NCBI GenBank assembly: GCA_021811585.1
Contig: JAJZOG010000007.1
Coordinates: forward strand, 57,459 to 121,458
DNA from: a bacterium
GTDB taxonomy: Bacteria; Patescibacteriota; Doudnabacteria; UBA920; VMFF01
Length of the DNA stretch: 64,000 bases
Direction: 5' to 3'
Translations under genes and position numbers: made by a program
Notes under the pieces: generated by a model
Databases searched by the model: none
Seen by the model: only the letters and a program-made list of their open reading frames with translations
Told to the model about the DNA's origin: nothing
Shown here: positions 18,290 through 27,496 of the stretch, in pieces
How the letters are laid out: every line of letters starts with the position of its first letter
How positions within the stretch are numbered: the stretch's first letter is position 1

Positions 18290-19663
18290 ATGAACAAAAA
18301 AATATATATGTTGTTGGGAGGAATATTGGTCTTAATTGTCATAACCGTGGTTTTTATCTTTTATTTGAGTTCAAAAAATAAAGCGGCAACCCAAAACCAA
18401 ACCGCGCAACAATCGTCGCAAAATAATGGGGGATCCGGCTCAGATGGCTCTGGGAATGGTTCTGGCTCTGGGAGCGGTTCGGGCTCTGGGAGCGGTTCGG
18501 GCTCTGGGAATGGCTCTGGCTCCGGGAACGGCTCTGGTGGAAATGGCTCCGGTGGGAATGGCTCTGGCTCCGGGAACGGCTCTGGTGGAAATTCGAGCGG
18601 CAATTCCGGAAATTCCGGCCAAAGCAGTGCACCCCAATTTTTAACGGCAATTACCAATGACAAGGCAATTAGCCCTGCTCTTTCTTTTGACGGCCAGGCA
18701 ATTTGGTATTTTACCTCAAACGGCCACCTTTATAAGGAAAATTTAACCACCGGCTTGAAACAGGAAAAGCTTTTACCTTCGCAGTTACCGGTGAGCGCGG
18801 TAATTTGGCCGGCATCCGGAAATGATTTTATTGTGGAGACAGATTCATCTTCAGGGAAAACATTCAATTATTATAAAAGTTCTGACGGCACATTTACGCA
18901 ATATCCCCCGCAAGTTAAAGAGGTTGCCTTTTTGCCTGACGGCGCGCACGTGGCTTACGATTGGTCCGACAATAGCGGCTCCTATTTGAGCATCGCCAAT
19001 TCGGATTTAACCAACCATCAGACAATTGTGAAATTACCGGACAATGACGATGCGCTGCAGGTTTCTCCGACTTCGGCCAATATGATTTTGGCTTACAATG
19101 CCGCAAACGCGCAAAGCGGAAAATTATATTACATCAGGACAGACACAAAAGCCATCACAGCCATAAAAACCGGGGAAAGCAATCGTTCTGAATGGGCGCC
19201 GGACGGCGAGCATTTTTTATATTACAAATTGAATCCGCAAAACTTTTCAGACAAAGAGCTTTGGCTGGGTAATATTCAAAACGGTACGGATCAGCAGCTT
19301 GGGATTGATGCACCGTTTTCAAAGCTGAATTTTTCCGGCGACAGTTCGGATTTGTATTTCGCAACTTCAGGGGCAAACGGGGATTCTATTTGGAAAATGG
19401 ATTTGCAAAGCTTGAATAAGAGCTTGCTTTACGCTTCTTCTCCCACGCCGATTAGCGCCAGGAATTTGTTTTTGTCGGCAGATTCCGGCACTTTGTATTT
19501 TATAAATTCAGATGGATTAGTTTATGCTTTGAATTTGTCGGCCGCGCAAAACGCCTCGGGCGGCGGGAGCGCGAACAGCAGCGGCGGTATCGGCGGAAAC
19601 ACAAACAGCAGCGGCGGAACCAGTGGGAATGGGAACAGCACCGGCGGCAGCGGCGGACAATAA
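18290..19663 (+). CDS. Membrane-anchored PD40/TolB-like beta-propeller protein with a long (GSGSGNGS)n linker
   Basis: N-terminal TM; 'GSGSGSGSGSGSGNGSGSGNGS' linker; propeller-blade-like motifs 'EWAPDGEHFLYYK', 'VAFLPDGAHVAYDWSD' and 'DLYFATSGANGDSIWKMD'. Confidence 0.55.
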   Translation: MNKKIYMLLGGILVLIVITVVFIFYLSSKNKAATQNQTAQQSSQNNGGSGSDGSGNGSGSGSGSGSGSGSGSGNGSGSGNGSGGNGSGGNGSGSGNGSGGNSSGNSGNSGQSSAPQFLTAITNDKAISPALSFDGQAIWYFTSNGHLYKENLTTGLKQEKLLPSQLPVSAVIWPASGNDFIVETDSSSGKTFNYYKSSDGTFTQYPPQVKEVAFLPDGAHVAYDWSDNSGSYLSIANSDLTNHQTIVKLPDNDDALQVSPTSANMILAYNAANAQSGKLYYIRTDTKAITAIKTGESNRSEWAPDGEHFLYYKLNPQNFSDKELWLGNIQNGTDQQLGIDAPFSKLNFSGDSSDLYFATSGANGDSIWKMDLQSLNKSLLYASSPTPISARNLFLSADSGTLYFINSDGLVYALNLSAAQNASGGGSANSSGGIGGNTNSSGGTSGNGNSTGGSGGQ

Positions 19664-19785
19664 GCGCCGCTGAATTGGTTTTTGCGCCTAAGCCGGCGAC
19701 CGCGCACTGTGCCGAGATGTACTGCGCCAAGATATCGAGAATACCGCGCGCCGCGCCTCCAGTTTATTTTTAATTTTTCAATTTT

Positions 19786-21099
19786 GTGAAATCAAAAATT
19801 ATTTTTCGCTGCGAATCCTGCGGCGCGCAATACCCGCGCTGGCAGGGGAAATGCACCCAGTGCGGCGCCTGGGATACTTTGGCGGAAACCAAAGATTTTT
19901 CAACTGTTTCCAAGGCGGCAGCGGCACAATTTCAGCTTCTTGCAGACGTTGATAATAAAAAAACCGCGCGCCTGCCCTCGGGAATCTCCGAATTCGACGA
20001 GGTTTTGGGCGGGGGAATTGTTGCCGGCTCGTTAATATTGCTTGGCGGCGATCCCGGCATAGGCAAATCAACTTTGGCGCTGGAAATAGCGGAAAAATCC
20101 GGGCTGAAAGTTTTGTATGTTTCCGGAGAAGAATCTTTACACCAGCTGAAAATTCGCGCAAGCAGGATAGCATCCTCGGAAAATATTTTTGCAGCGTCGG
20201 AAACCGGCCTGGAAGCGATTATTGCCGCGATATCTTCGCTGGAACCGCAGCTTGTTATTTTGGATTCCATCCAAACGATTTACAGCGAAAGCGCAAGCGG
20301 CGTGGCAGGAAGCGTTGCGCAGGTTTCCTATGCCATGCAAAATATAATGCATTTGGCAAAAGGGAAGCATATTTCATTTTTGATTATCGGGCATGTCACA
20401 AAAGAGGGCTACTTGGCAGGGCCAAAGACCCTGGAGCACATGGTGGATACTGTTTTGTATTTGGAAGGTGAGCGGTTTGCGGCTTTGCGCATTTTGCGAT
20501 CCGTGAAAAACAGATTTGGCGCCAGCAATGAAGTGGCTGTTTTTGAAATGAATTCCAAAGGGCTCTTCGCGGTAAAAAATCCGTCTGAAATTTTTATCCA
20601 GGAAACAGGGGGCAAATCGTCCGGCAATATCGCGACTGCCGTGATGGAAGGCAGCAGGCCGATTTTGCTGGAAATTCAGGCGCTCACTTCAAAAACCGGC
20701 TTCGGATATCCCAAAAGGACGGTTTCCGGTTATGACCTTAACCGTTTGCAATTGATTGCCGCGATAATAGGCAAGCGGCTGGGTGTTAATTTGTCGGATC
20801 AGGATATTTATGTGAATGTTGTTGGGGGCATGAAAATTTCCGATCCCGCCGCTGATCTTGCCGTTGCCTTGGCAATAATTTCCAGCGTCAAAGACAAGGC
20901 GCTTGGAAATATTTTGGCAATAGGGGAGCTTGGGCTTTCTGGCGAAGTGCGCATGGTTGCCAATTTGGAAAAGCGCGTTCGCGAAGCCGCGAAATTCGGC
21001 TTTGAAAAAATCGTTTTGCCGGGATCAAAAATTGCCGCGGAGAAAGAGGATCTTTTAAAAGTGAAGACCCTGAAAGATGCCGCAAGATTGATGCTTTAG
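19786..21099 (+). CDS. radA: DNA repair/recombination protein RadA (Sms)
   Basis: Zinc finger 'CESCGAQYPRWQGKCTQCGAWDTL'; Walker A 'LLGGDPGIGKSTLAL'; 'KNRFG' motif; Lon-like C-terminal domain. Start is a GTG. Confidence 0.85.
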   Translation: MKSKIIFRCESCGAQYPRWQGKCTQCGAWDTLAETKDFSTVSKAAAAQFQLLADVDNKKTARLPSGISEFDEVLGGGIVAGSLILLGGDPGIGKSTLALEIAEKSGLKVLYVSGEESLHQLKIRASRIASSENIFAASETGLEAIIAAISSLEPQLVILDSIQTIYSESASGVAGSVAQVSYAMQNIMHLAKGKHISFLIIGHVTKEGYLAGPKTLEHMVDTVLYLEGERFAALRILRSVKNRFGASNEVAVFEMNSKGLFAVKNPSEIFIQETGGKSSGNIATAVMEGSRPILLEIQALTSKTGFGYPKRTVSGYDLNRLQLIAAIIGKRLGVNLSDQDIYVNVVGGMKISDPAADLAVALAIISSVKDKALGNILAIGELGLSGEVRMVANLEKRVREAAKFGFEKIVLPGSKIAAEKEDLLKVKTLKDAARLML

Positions 21100-21108
21100 A
21101 GAATTTTT

Positions 21109-23319
21109 TTATTCCAAATGTATAAGCACGTTTCGGATTCTTTTGGCAAGATAGGGATATTTTTTCAGTTCCGCATCTTCGGAGATTAATTCTTCCGCGG
21201 CTTTGCGCGCCGCCTCGGCGAGATTTTTTTCATATGCGAAATATTTGAAATATTTAAGGCCTGATTGTTCTTCGCCGAAAATATCGCCGAATCCGCGCAT
21301 TTTCAAGTCCATTTCAGCGAGTTCAAACCCGTCCGAGATTTTTTCAAAATATTGCAGGCGTTTTTTTGTTTCGCTTGCGGAATCGAAAATTTCCCCCTGT
21401 TCGGGTTTGCCATTTGCCGGTTTGGTTTTTCCGCTGCCTGCGCCGCTGCCTGCGCCGCTGCCTGTTTCCGCGGAAGGAGCGGGCGTCTCTGCCGCGCCCT
21501 GGAATAAAAAGCAATAAGATTGTTTTTCGGATCTGCCGACCCTGCCTCGCAACTGGTGCAATTGCGCCAATCCAAAGCGCGCCGCGCCTTCAATAACCAT
21601 AATGTTCGCATTAGGGACATCGACCCCGACCTCTATTACCGAGGTGCTCACAAGAATTTGGATTTTATTTTCCAGGAATTCGCGCATTATTGTTTCTTTT
21701 TCCCGAGCTTTCATTTTTCCGTGAACCAGGCCTATTTTAAATTCCGGAAAGATTTTTTGTAATAATTTTTGTTCGTTTTCCGCGGCTTTCTCGGTTGCTT
21801 TAAGATCCTCGTCTGCGGCATTTTCTTCGCTTGAAATCAGCGGAGTAACCACGAATGCCTGGCCGCCTTTTTTTATTTCCTGCCGCAAAAATGCATAAAT
21901 TTTCTGTCTGGCATTTTCGGATGCGAGCCGCGTCATGATTTGCTTGCGGCCTTGCGGTTTTTGCTTGATTTGCGAAATTTGCAAATTGCCGAGCAGTGAC
22001 ATTTGCAAGCTGAGCGGTATGGGCGTGGCGCTCATGGAAAGCAGGTGAGGCAGAGCGCCGCCGCTGTTTTTTAGCAGGTGCGCGCGCTGGCGCACGCCGA
22101 AACGGTGCTGTTCGTCTATTATTATCAGCGCCAGTTTTTTGAATTCCACGTTTTTTTGGAGAATCGCGTGCGTGCTAATTACGAATTGGCCGAAATTTTT
22201 ATCGTGCGCGATTTCTTCCAACACTTCTTTTTTGCTTGCGCGGACTCCGTTTATGAGCGTTGTTTGCGAAGTGAGCAGGATCAGGCATATGTAAGGATAA
22301 TTTTCAAATTGCGCGAGCGCATTTTTATAATGCTGCATTGCGAGAATTTCAGTAGGGCAGAGCATGGCTGCCTGGAATCCCGCATCTAATGCTTCGAGCG
22401 CGGCGGCAAAAGCAACAAGCGTTTTCCCCGAACCAACATCGCCCTCAAGGAGGCGGCTTGCCGGAACGCTTTTGCCCAAATCCTGTAAAATATCGCGAAT
22501 TGCCTGGTCCTGGCTGCCGGTTATTTGGAACGGAAGGTTTGAAATAAACCCTTGGATTAAATTTTTATTAAGCGGAATTGCGAAAGATTTTTGTTTTTCC
22601 GCGTTTCTTTTTTGTTTTTGGAGCGCCAGTTGGATTTCAAATATCTCTTCAAATGCAAACCGCTTTTTCGCTTGCCCGAGTTTTGCCGCATCTTCGGGAA
22701 AATGCAAATTTTTGATTGCCTCGCGCGCGCCAGGAAAACCGTTCTGCTTTATAATTTTTTCAGGCAGATATTCTTTAATTTCTCCGCCTGCGGAGCGCAG
22801 GATTTTAAAAATGGCATTGCGTAAGGTGCGTTGCGCGAGCTTTGCCGTTGTTTTATAAATGGGAATGATCCTGCCGGTGTGGATTCTCTGCCCGGCGCTT
22901 CCTGCCGCTTCCGCGGCCTCATAAATGGGATTTTGAAATTGCAGGCCCTTGTATTGCCTTGGCGTGCCTGAAAAAAATACTGTTTCTCCTTTTGCCAGGA
23001 CATCGGCAATATACGGCTGGTTGAACCAGACAATTTTTATTGAACCGCTTTCATCCGAAACAACGGCTTCGGCGCGCGGGCGGAATCCGCGAAAACCGCG
23101 CACCGCCCGTATTTGGTTTACAACGGCTTTAATGCTTGCGGGTTGCCCTTCGCGCAAACCGGAAATTTTTACAATGTTTGAAAAATCCTCGTGCCTGCCC
23201 GGAAAATAAAAAAGCAAATCGGAAACCGTGCTGATTCCCAATTTGCCCATCTCTTTTATAACAGCCGGCCGTATTTCAAATTTTTTTGCCGCTGATTCGA
23301 TTGGACAATTTATATCCAT
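21109..23319 (-). CDS. recG: ATP-dependent DNA helicase RecG
   Basis: Wedge-domain region, helicase motifs 'GDVGSGKTLVAFAAAL', 'IIDEQHRFGVRQR' and 'QLHQLRGRVGR'. Gly/Ser/Ala low-complexity insert 'GSGAGSGAGSG'. Confidence 0.85.
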   Translation of the reverse strand: MDINCPIESAAKKFEIRPAVIKEMGKLGISTVSDLLFYFPGRHEDFSNIVKISGLREGQPASIKAVVNQIRAVRGFRGFRPRAEAVVSDESGSIKIVWFNQPYIADVLAKGETVFFSGTPRQYKGLQFQNPIYEAAEAAGSAGQRIHTGRIIPIYKTTAKLAQRTLRNAIFKILRSAGGEIKEYLPEKIIKQNGFPGAREAIKNLHFPEDAAKLGQAKKRFAFEEIFEIQLALQKQKRNAEKQKSFAIPLNKNLIQGFISNLPFQITGSQDQAIRDILQDLGKSVPASRLLEGDVGSGKTLVAFAAALEALDAGFQAAMLCPTEILAMQHYKNALAQFENYPYICLILLTSQTTLINGVRASKKEVLEEIAHDKNFGQFVISTHAILQKNVEFKKLALIIIDEQHRFGVRQRAHLLKNSGGALPHLLSMSATPIPLSLQMSLLGNLQISQIKQKPQGRKQIMTRLASENARQKIYAFLRQEIKKGGQAFVVTPLISSEENAADEDLKATEKAAENEQKLLQKIFPEFKIGLVHGKMKAREKETIMREFLENKIQILVSTSVIEVGVDVPNANIMVIEGAARFGLAQLHQLRGRVGRSEKQSYCFLFQGAAETPAPSAETGSGAGSGAGSGKTKPANGKPEQGEIFDSASETKKRLQYFEKISDGFELAEMDLKMRGFGDIFGEEQSGLKYFKYFAYEKNLAEAARKAAEELISEDAELKKYPYLAKRIRNVLIHLE

Positions 23320-23337
23320 GTGCCCGTAAATGCAATA

Positions 23338-23415
23338 TGGTGACCTCGACAGGATTCGAACCTGTGACCTTCAGCTCCGCAAGCTGACGCTCTAATCCAA
23401 CTGAGCTACGAGGCC
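23338..23415 (-). tRNA. tRNA-Arg (anticodon GCG by manual folding)
   Basis: Reverse complement 'GGCCTCGTAGCTCAGTTGGATTAGAGCGTCAGCTTGCGGAGCTGAAGGTCACAGGTTCGAATCCTGTCGAGGTCACCA' folds into a cloverleaf with anticodon loop TTGCGGA, A20 and an encoded CCA. Confidence 0.7.
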
Positions 23416-23464
23416 TTGTTAATTTTGCCGCTGCACTGCGCGCCGTGCGCATCCAAACCCGAAG

Positions 23465-23962
23465 TTAAAATCTTAATATTCTCGCGATAATTTCAGTGAC
23501 GGTTTCTTCGTCGTGGTTGCCTTCGGGCAAATGCGCGGCAAGGAATTTATGCACGTCTTCCACGTTTATTTCGTCGTGCATTAAAATGACGATAACGCGA
23601 TTGAGATATGCTGTTGTTTCCAGGTGAATGCTGCGCGAATACTGCTTGTCCACTATCCAGAATTTTTTAAGCTGGGTGTATGGAAAAAATTCTTCGCCAA
23701 CGGTGACGCCCTTTTTGCTTAAAGTGATTAGTACTTCCCCGGGCTTGCGCCGTGCATAAAGGTATGCGGCAACGCTTAGAAAAACCCAGAAAAACGCTCC
23801 GAAATAATCTCTGGTAAAGAGGTAATAGGCGACAAGCATTATTGCTATTGCAGCAAAGGTGACATACCAGCCAATGCCTTTTTCATGGTGTTCGAATTCT
23901 AAAGCATGCCATTGCAGGATTTCGCGGTTTTGGCCGGAGCTGTTTTGATTTGTATTTGCCAT
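23465..23962 (-). CDS. Hypothetical two-TM membrane protein
   Basis: ORF between two tRNAs; TM segments 'YVTFAAIAIMLVAYYLF' and 'FFWVFLSVAAYLYA'. Confidence 0.45.
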   Translation of the reverse strand: MANTNQNSSGQNREILQWHALEFEHHEKGIGWYVTFAAIAIMLVAYYLFTRDYFGAFFWVFLSVAAYLYARRKPGEVLITLSKKGVTVGEEFFPYTQLKKFWIVDKQYSRSIHLETTAYLNRVIVILMHDEINVEDVHKFLAAHLPEGNHDEETVTEIIARILRF

Positions 23963-23989
23963 TATTTTTTTATTTTTCCGGTTTATTTT

Positions 23990-24078
23990 TGGCGGTGGGG
24001 GTGGGATTCGAACCCACGGTGCCTTTTGGACACACTGGTTTTCAAGACCAGCTCGATAGACCGCTCCGACACCCCACC
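23990..24078 (-). tRNA. tRNA-Ser (anticodon UGA), long variable arm
   Basis: Reverse complement 'GGTGGGGTGTCGGAGCGGTCTATCGAGCTGGTCTTGAAAACCAGTGTGTCCAAAAGGCACCGTGGGTTCGAATCCCACCCCCACCGCCA'. Anticodon loop CTTGAAA; class II variable arm. Confidence 0.75.
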
Positions 24079-24121
24079 AGTGTGGCCGAAGCGCCCCGGG
24101 ATGTTTAATGTTTGCTTCTAT

Positions 24122-24151
24122 ATTTTACCATATGCTACGTGTTTGCCGCAA
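24122..24151 (-). promoter_or_regulatory. Candidate sigma70-type promoter for tRNA-Ser(UGA): TTGCGG-18-TGgTAAAAT
   Basis: Minus-strand read 'TTGCGGcaaacacgtagcatatggTAAAAT', about 45 nt upstream of the mature 5' end. Confidence 0.3.
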
Positions 24152-24171
24152 ATTATGCTTTTGGCAAATTT

Positions 24172-24201
24172 AAAAAGCCATACTGCAATATATGGCTTTT
24201 T
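24172..24201. terminator. Hairpin with flanking A/T runs, likely a terminator for the convergent minus-strand operon
   Basis: 'aaaaagccatactgcaatatatggcttttt' (stem AGCCATA/TATGGCT). Confidence 0.5.
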
Positions 24202-24229
24202 AATAGAGCAAAAACTCTTTGCCTTTTAT

Positions 24230-25342
24230 TTAAAATCCTACTGCCGGTTCTGGAATAAATCCGCCAAAAGTATCATTAGGTTTTGCGGGGATTGGGGCTT
24301 GCTGCGCATTTTGGTTGTTTTGGGATGCTTTGGGCGTGCCGTCTTGCTGATTGGCATCATTGCTTTCCGGGTTTTCCGCTGCTGGTTTTTCTTCCGGCAA
24401 TACGGTAATGCTTTCCGCAATATTTTTATCGTCTTCAGTGTGGCCGGTCAGCGTTATTGCTTGGTCTGCATGCAAATCCGATAAGTTTATGGCATTGCCG
24501 TTCGCATCTGTGATCTTCGTATCCGAAGTTATTTCGAAAACATTGGAATCAATTGAAATGGTATTTTCTCCCGTTGTTTTTATTTTGCCCGAAACGTCAA
24601 TTTTAGCCGATTGGATTTTCGCGCTGTCCTGTTCATTTACCGCCGCCGAGACAATATTTTTTATTTCCTGCATATTATTTTGGATGGATTGCCTTGCGGA
24701 AGGATCTGTTTTTGCGACTAAATTTGAGCTTTCATTGGCAAGCTGTTCGGCATTGCTTATGATTGCGGGGTTTTTTACTGCCTCTGAAGAAGCAATTGAT
24801 TTTACATTGTTAAGCGCGGCTTCTGTTTGGTTGCTTGCTTCGGAGAGCGCGGCCTGCGCCTGGGCGGAATCGTTTTGCAAGACCGCCTGTTTTGCGCCGT
24901 TAACTGTATTAAGCGCGAATGTTAATTGCATTTCCGCGCGTTTTTCAGGATTGGATGTGAGTCTAATTTGTGCCAGCTCTATATTCCTTTTAATGAAGAA
25001 TAATTTGCTTCCTGGCAAGCTGTTCATTGCCGCTTGCACTGTGCCGGCAACAGCGATAAATGCAACCGCTGCCATTACGGCATAAGAAACGCGCATTGAT
25101 TTGAAAAATGCCAGGATTCTCGTCGGCATAATTGTCGCCGGCTCGTAATCCGCATACAATTTGCGCTTTGTGGGTATCGGCACCTCTTTGGCCTTAATGG
25201 AAGCGAGTTTTAAAGCGGTCTGCACGGCAAATACGACTTCAGCCCGTTTTTGCGGCGGACAAAGTGAAAGAAGAGCGGAGATATCTTCGCCTAAAAGCGA
25301 TTGTTTTATTGCTTTGTCTATAAGTTCTTCAATGTTCGGCAT
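24230..25342 (-). CDS. Putative anti-sigma factor (single TM, extracytoplasmic Ala/Asn/Gln-rich domain), translationally coupled to the ECF sigma gene
   Basis: 14-nt overlap with the upstream ECF sigma gene; short cytoplasmic N-terminus, then TM 'YAVMAAVAFIAVAGTV', then a periplasmic-type region. Confidence 0.45.
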   Translation of the reverse strand: MPNIEELIDKAIKQSLLGEDISALLSLCPPQKRAEVVFAVQTALKLASIKAKEVPIPTKRKLYADYEPATIMPTRILAFFKSMRVSYAVMAAVAFIAVAGTVQAAMNSLPGSKLFFIKRNIELAQIRLTSNPEKRAEMQLTFALNTVNGAKQAVLQNDSAQAQAALSEASNQTEAALNNVKSIASSEAVKNPAIISNAEQLANESSNLVAKTDPSARQSIQNNMQEIKNIVSAAVNEQDSAKIQSAKIDVSGKIKTTGENTISIDSNVFEITSDTKITDANGNAINLSDLHADQAITLTGHTEDDKNIAESITVLPEEKPAAENPESNDANQQDGTPKASQNNQNAQQAPIPAKPNDTFGGFIPEPAVGF

Positions 25343-25934
25343 TTGCGCTTTTAAATATTTTTTCCGGCAGGTTTTTCTCGCCGTATAATTTTTGCAGATT
25401 TTGAATTGCCCTGTGCTGGAGAACTCGGATGGCGCCTTCTTTTTTTGCTATCAGTTCCGCGATTTCGGAATTTTCAAGCCCTTCGATGAATTTCAGCTGA
25501 ATAACAATTTGCTGTTCCGGCGGGAGTTTTCTGACAGCATCCAAAAGAATTTTTTGGTCAAACTGCAGATTGGCGTTTTCAATAATGTTTTCTTCCGCTT
25601 CAAGTATGTTTTCAACTTCGGAAATATCAACGGTGCTTTTATTTTGCCTGTAATGGTCTATAATGCGGTTTTTGGCAATGGAGTAAAGCCATCCGCCAAA
25701 CGAATCGTCGCCAACGTTCCTGATCTTGGTCCATGCTTTTACGAAAACATCTTCGCAGAGGTCTTCGGCTGTCTCTTTATGGCTTACCCTGTAAAATATG
25801 AACTTGAAAATTTTATCAAAATAAAAGTCGTAAAGCTGGCTAAATGCCTGGGCATTTCCGTCTTTTGCTTTTGAAACAAGATATATTATTGCCGCATTAC
25901 TGGCCTTTTCCGCATTTTCCGGATTTTCAGGCAT
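25329..25934 (-). CDS. RNA polymerase sigma-70 family ECF sigma factor
   Basis: Region 2 'YDFYFDKIFKFIFYRV...DVFVKAW'; region 4 'QQIVIQLKFIEGLENSEIAELIAKKEGAIRVLQHRAIQNL'. Confidence 0.8.
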   Translation of the reverse strand: MPENPENAEKASNAAIIYLVSKAKDGNAQAFSQLYDFYFDKIFKFIFYRVSHKETAEDLCEDVFVKAWTKIRNVGDDSFGGWLYSIAKNRIIDHYRQNKSTVDISEVENILEAEENIIENANLQFDQKILLDAVRKLPPEQQIVIQLKFIEGLENSEIAELIAKKEGAIRVLQHRAIQNLQKLYGEKNLPEKIFKSANAEH

Positions 25935-26106
25935 CTTTATGGTGCTACCTTTATAGACGTTAATTATTAGGAATTGTTACGTTTATATTAAATTTTTTCC
26001 TCAAAGTTAAGGTATTATAACATAAAGCATGATTTTTGGCGTACTTTTCCAGTTTACACAGGCCGCCTAAAATTGATACTCTTTTTATAATAGTAATATT
26101 TCGAAA

Positions 26107-26358
26107 ATGAAATTTAAAGACAAGGTACTATTGGCAGTCAGCAGGATTCCGAAAGGCAAAACCTCAACGTATAAGGAAATTGCCGCGCGCGCGGGCAGGC
26201 CTTTGGCATATCGCGCGGTAGGAAATATTTTGAGTCGAAATTATGATTTGAAAATACCTTGCCACCGCGTTGTGCGCAGCAACGGCCAGCCGGGAGGATA
26301 TAATAGGGGCGCAGAGCGGAAAATTTTGGTACTTAAAAAAGAGGGAGTGCGCTTGTGA
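26107..26358 (+). CDS. Stand-alone O6-alkylguanine-DNA alkyltransferase (MGMT/Ogt) DNA-binding/active-site domain protein, 83 aa
   Basis: 'IPKGKTSTYKEIAARAGRPLAYRAVGNILSRN...IPCHRVVRSNG' carries the PCHRV active-site Cys motif. Confidence 0.7.
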   Translation: MKFKDKVLLAVSRIPKGKTSTYKEIAARAGRPLAYRAVGNILSRNYDLKIPCHRVVRSNGQPGGYNRGAERKILVLKKEGVRL

Positions 26359-26541
26359 ATTTTAGGTATTTAATTGCCATTTTGTTGCCGAAAGAATTCG
26401 CTTTGCGGATCGCAGAAATCCAGCAGGCGCATAAAACTCCAGGATGGATGAAATGCAGGCAAAATTGAAAAATGAATTTAAAAATTTTTCATTTCAGTGC
26501 AATAATTTCTCATTGCTTACCAAAGAGCCTAAAAATCAAAA

Positions 26542-27105
26542 ATGGCTGGAAATAGAAACAATTTTATTGCAATTTTAATTTCGGCGGTTTTCATATTGAT
26601 TGCTTTGGCGGCAACCGCTATATTTAAAGCAAAGGCGCCCCAAAGCGCAATTAACCGGGAATTTATGCAAATTACATCTTCATCTTTTAAGAATAGCCAA
26701 CCTATTCCTGAAAAATTTACTTGCGATGGCGAGGATATTAATCCCGAATTGGCGTTTGCGGATGTTCCTGCAAATGCGCAAAGTTTGGCGCTCATAGTGC
26801 ACGATCCGGATGCGCCTTCCGGCGATTTTACGCACTGGACTGTTTGGAATATTGTGCCGGATATTTCCGGCATCGCGGAAAACTCGGCACCGCAAGGCGC
26901 GGTGCAAGGGGTTACGGATTTCGGGCGCACGGGATACAGCGGCCCGTGCCCGCATAACGGCAGCCATCATTATCATTTTACCTTGTATGCGCTTGATACG
27001 GTTTTGGATCTGGGTGCCTCTGCCACAAAATTGGATATAGAAGAAGCTATGGACGGGCATGTTTTGGCAAAAGCGGAGTTAATAGGAGTTTATGAAAAAA
27101 AGTAG
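26542..27105 (+). CDS. YbhB/YbcL-family phosphatidylethanolamine-binding (PEBP/RKIP-like) protein, secreted
   Basis: 'LIVHDPDAPSGDFTHWTVWNI' and 'GYSGPCPHNGSHHYHFTLYALD'; N-terminal TM/signal. Confidence 0.8.
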   Translation: MAGNRNNFIAILISAVFILIALAATAIFKAKAPQSAINREFMQITSSSFKNSQPIPEKFTCDGEDINPELAFADVPANAQSLALIVHDPDAPSGDFTHWTVWNIVPDISGIAENSAPQGAVQGVTDFGRTGYSGPCPHNGSHHYHFTLYALDTVLDLGASATKLDIEEAMDGHVLAKAELIGVYEKK

Positions 27106-27201
27106 TAGGATATTGGGATTAATGACAGGCAACGCAAGAAAATAGCGGATGGCTTTTTCCAAATTTTGCATTTAATAATTAATTAATAAAAACAAAATAA
27201 A

Positions 27202-27495
27202 ATGCCGGAACAATTCGATAGAATTAAAGGAGAAAGCAAAAAAATGAGGCAAGCCATAAAACAACAGACAATTGGTTATATTACCGCGGCTTTGGGGCTG
27301 GTTGCGGGCCTTGCTTGGAACCAGGCAATTCAGGCGTTAATCAATCATTTTTATCCCAACGCAAATAAATCCATAACCGCGCAATTCATCTACGCCGTGA
27401 TCATAACAATCGTGGTTGTGCTTCTGACAACTTATATGGTTGGGATTTTTCAGAAAGAAGAAAATGCGCAGGAGCACGAGGGGCAGGAGAAATAA
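27202..27495 (+). CDS. Hypothetical small two-TM membrane protein
   Basis: 97-aa ORF; TM segments 'IGYITAALGLVAGLAW' and 'FIYAVIITIVVVLLTTYMV'. Confidence 0.4.
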   Translation: MPEQFDRIKGESKKMRQAIKQQTIGYITAALGLVAGLAWNQAIQALINHFYPNANKSITAQFIYAVIITIVVVLLTTYMVGIFQKEENAQEHEGQEK

Positions 27496-27496
27496 T

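Noticed and set aside
18426-18640. Highly regular 18-24-nt DNA repeats ('ggctctgggagcggttcg...') that look CRISPR-like on a dot-plot
   Set aside because: They are contiguous with no unique spacers and lie inside an ORF, where they encode the (GSGSGNGS)n linker of the PD40 protein. There are no cas genes.
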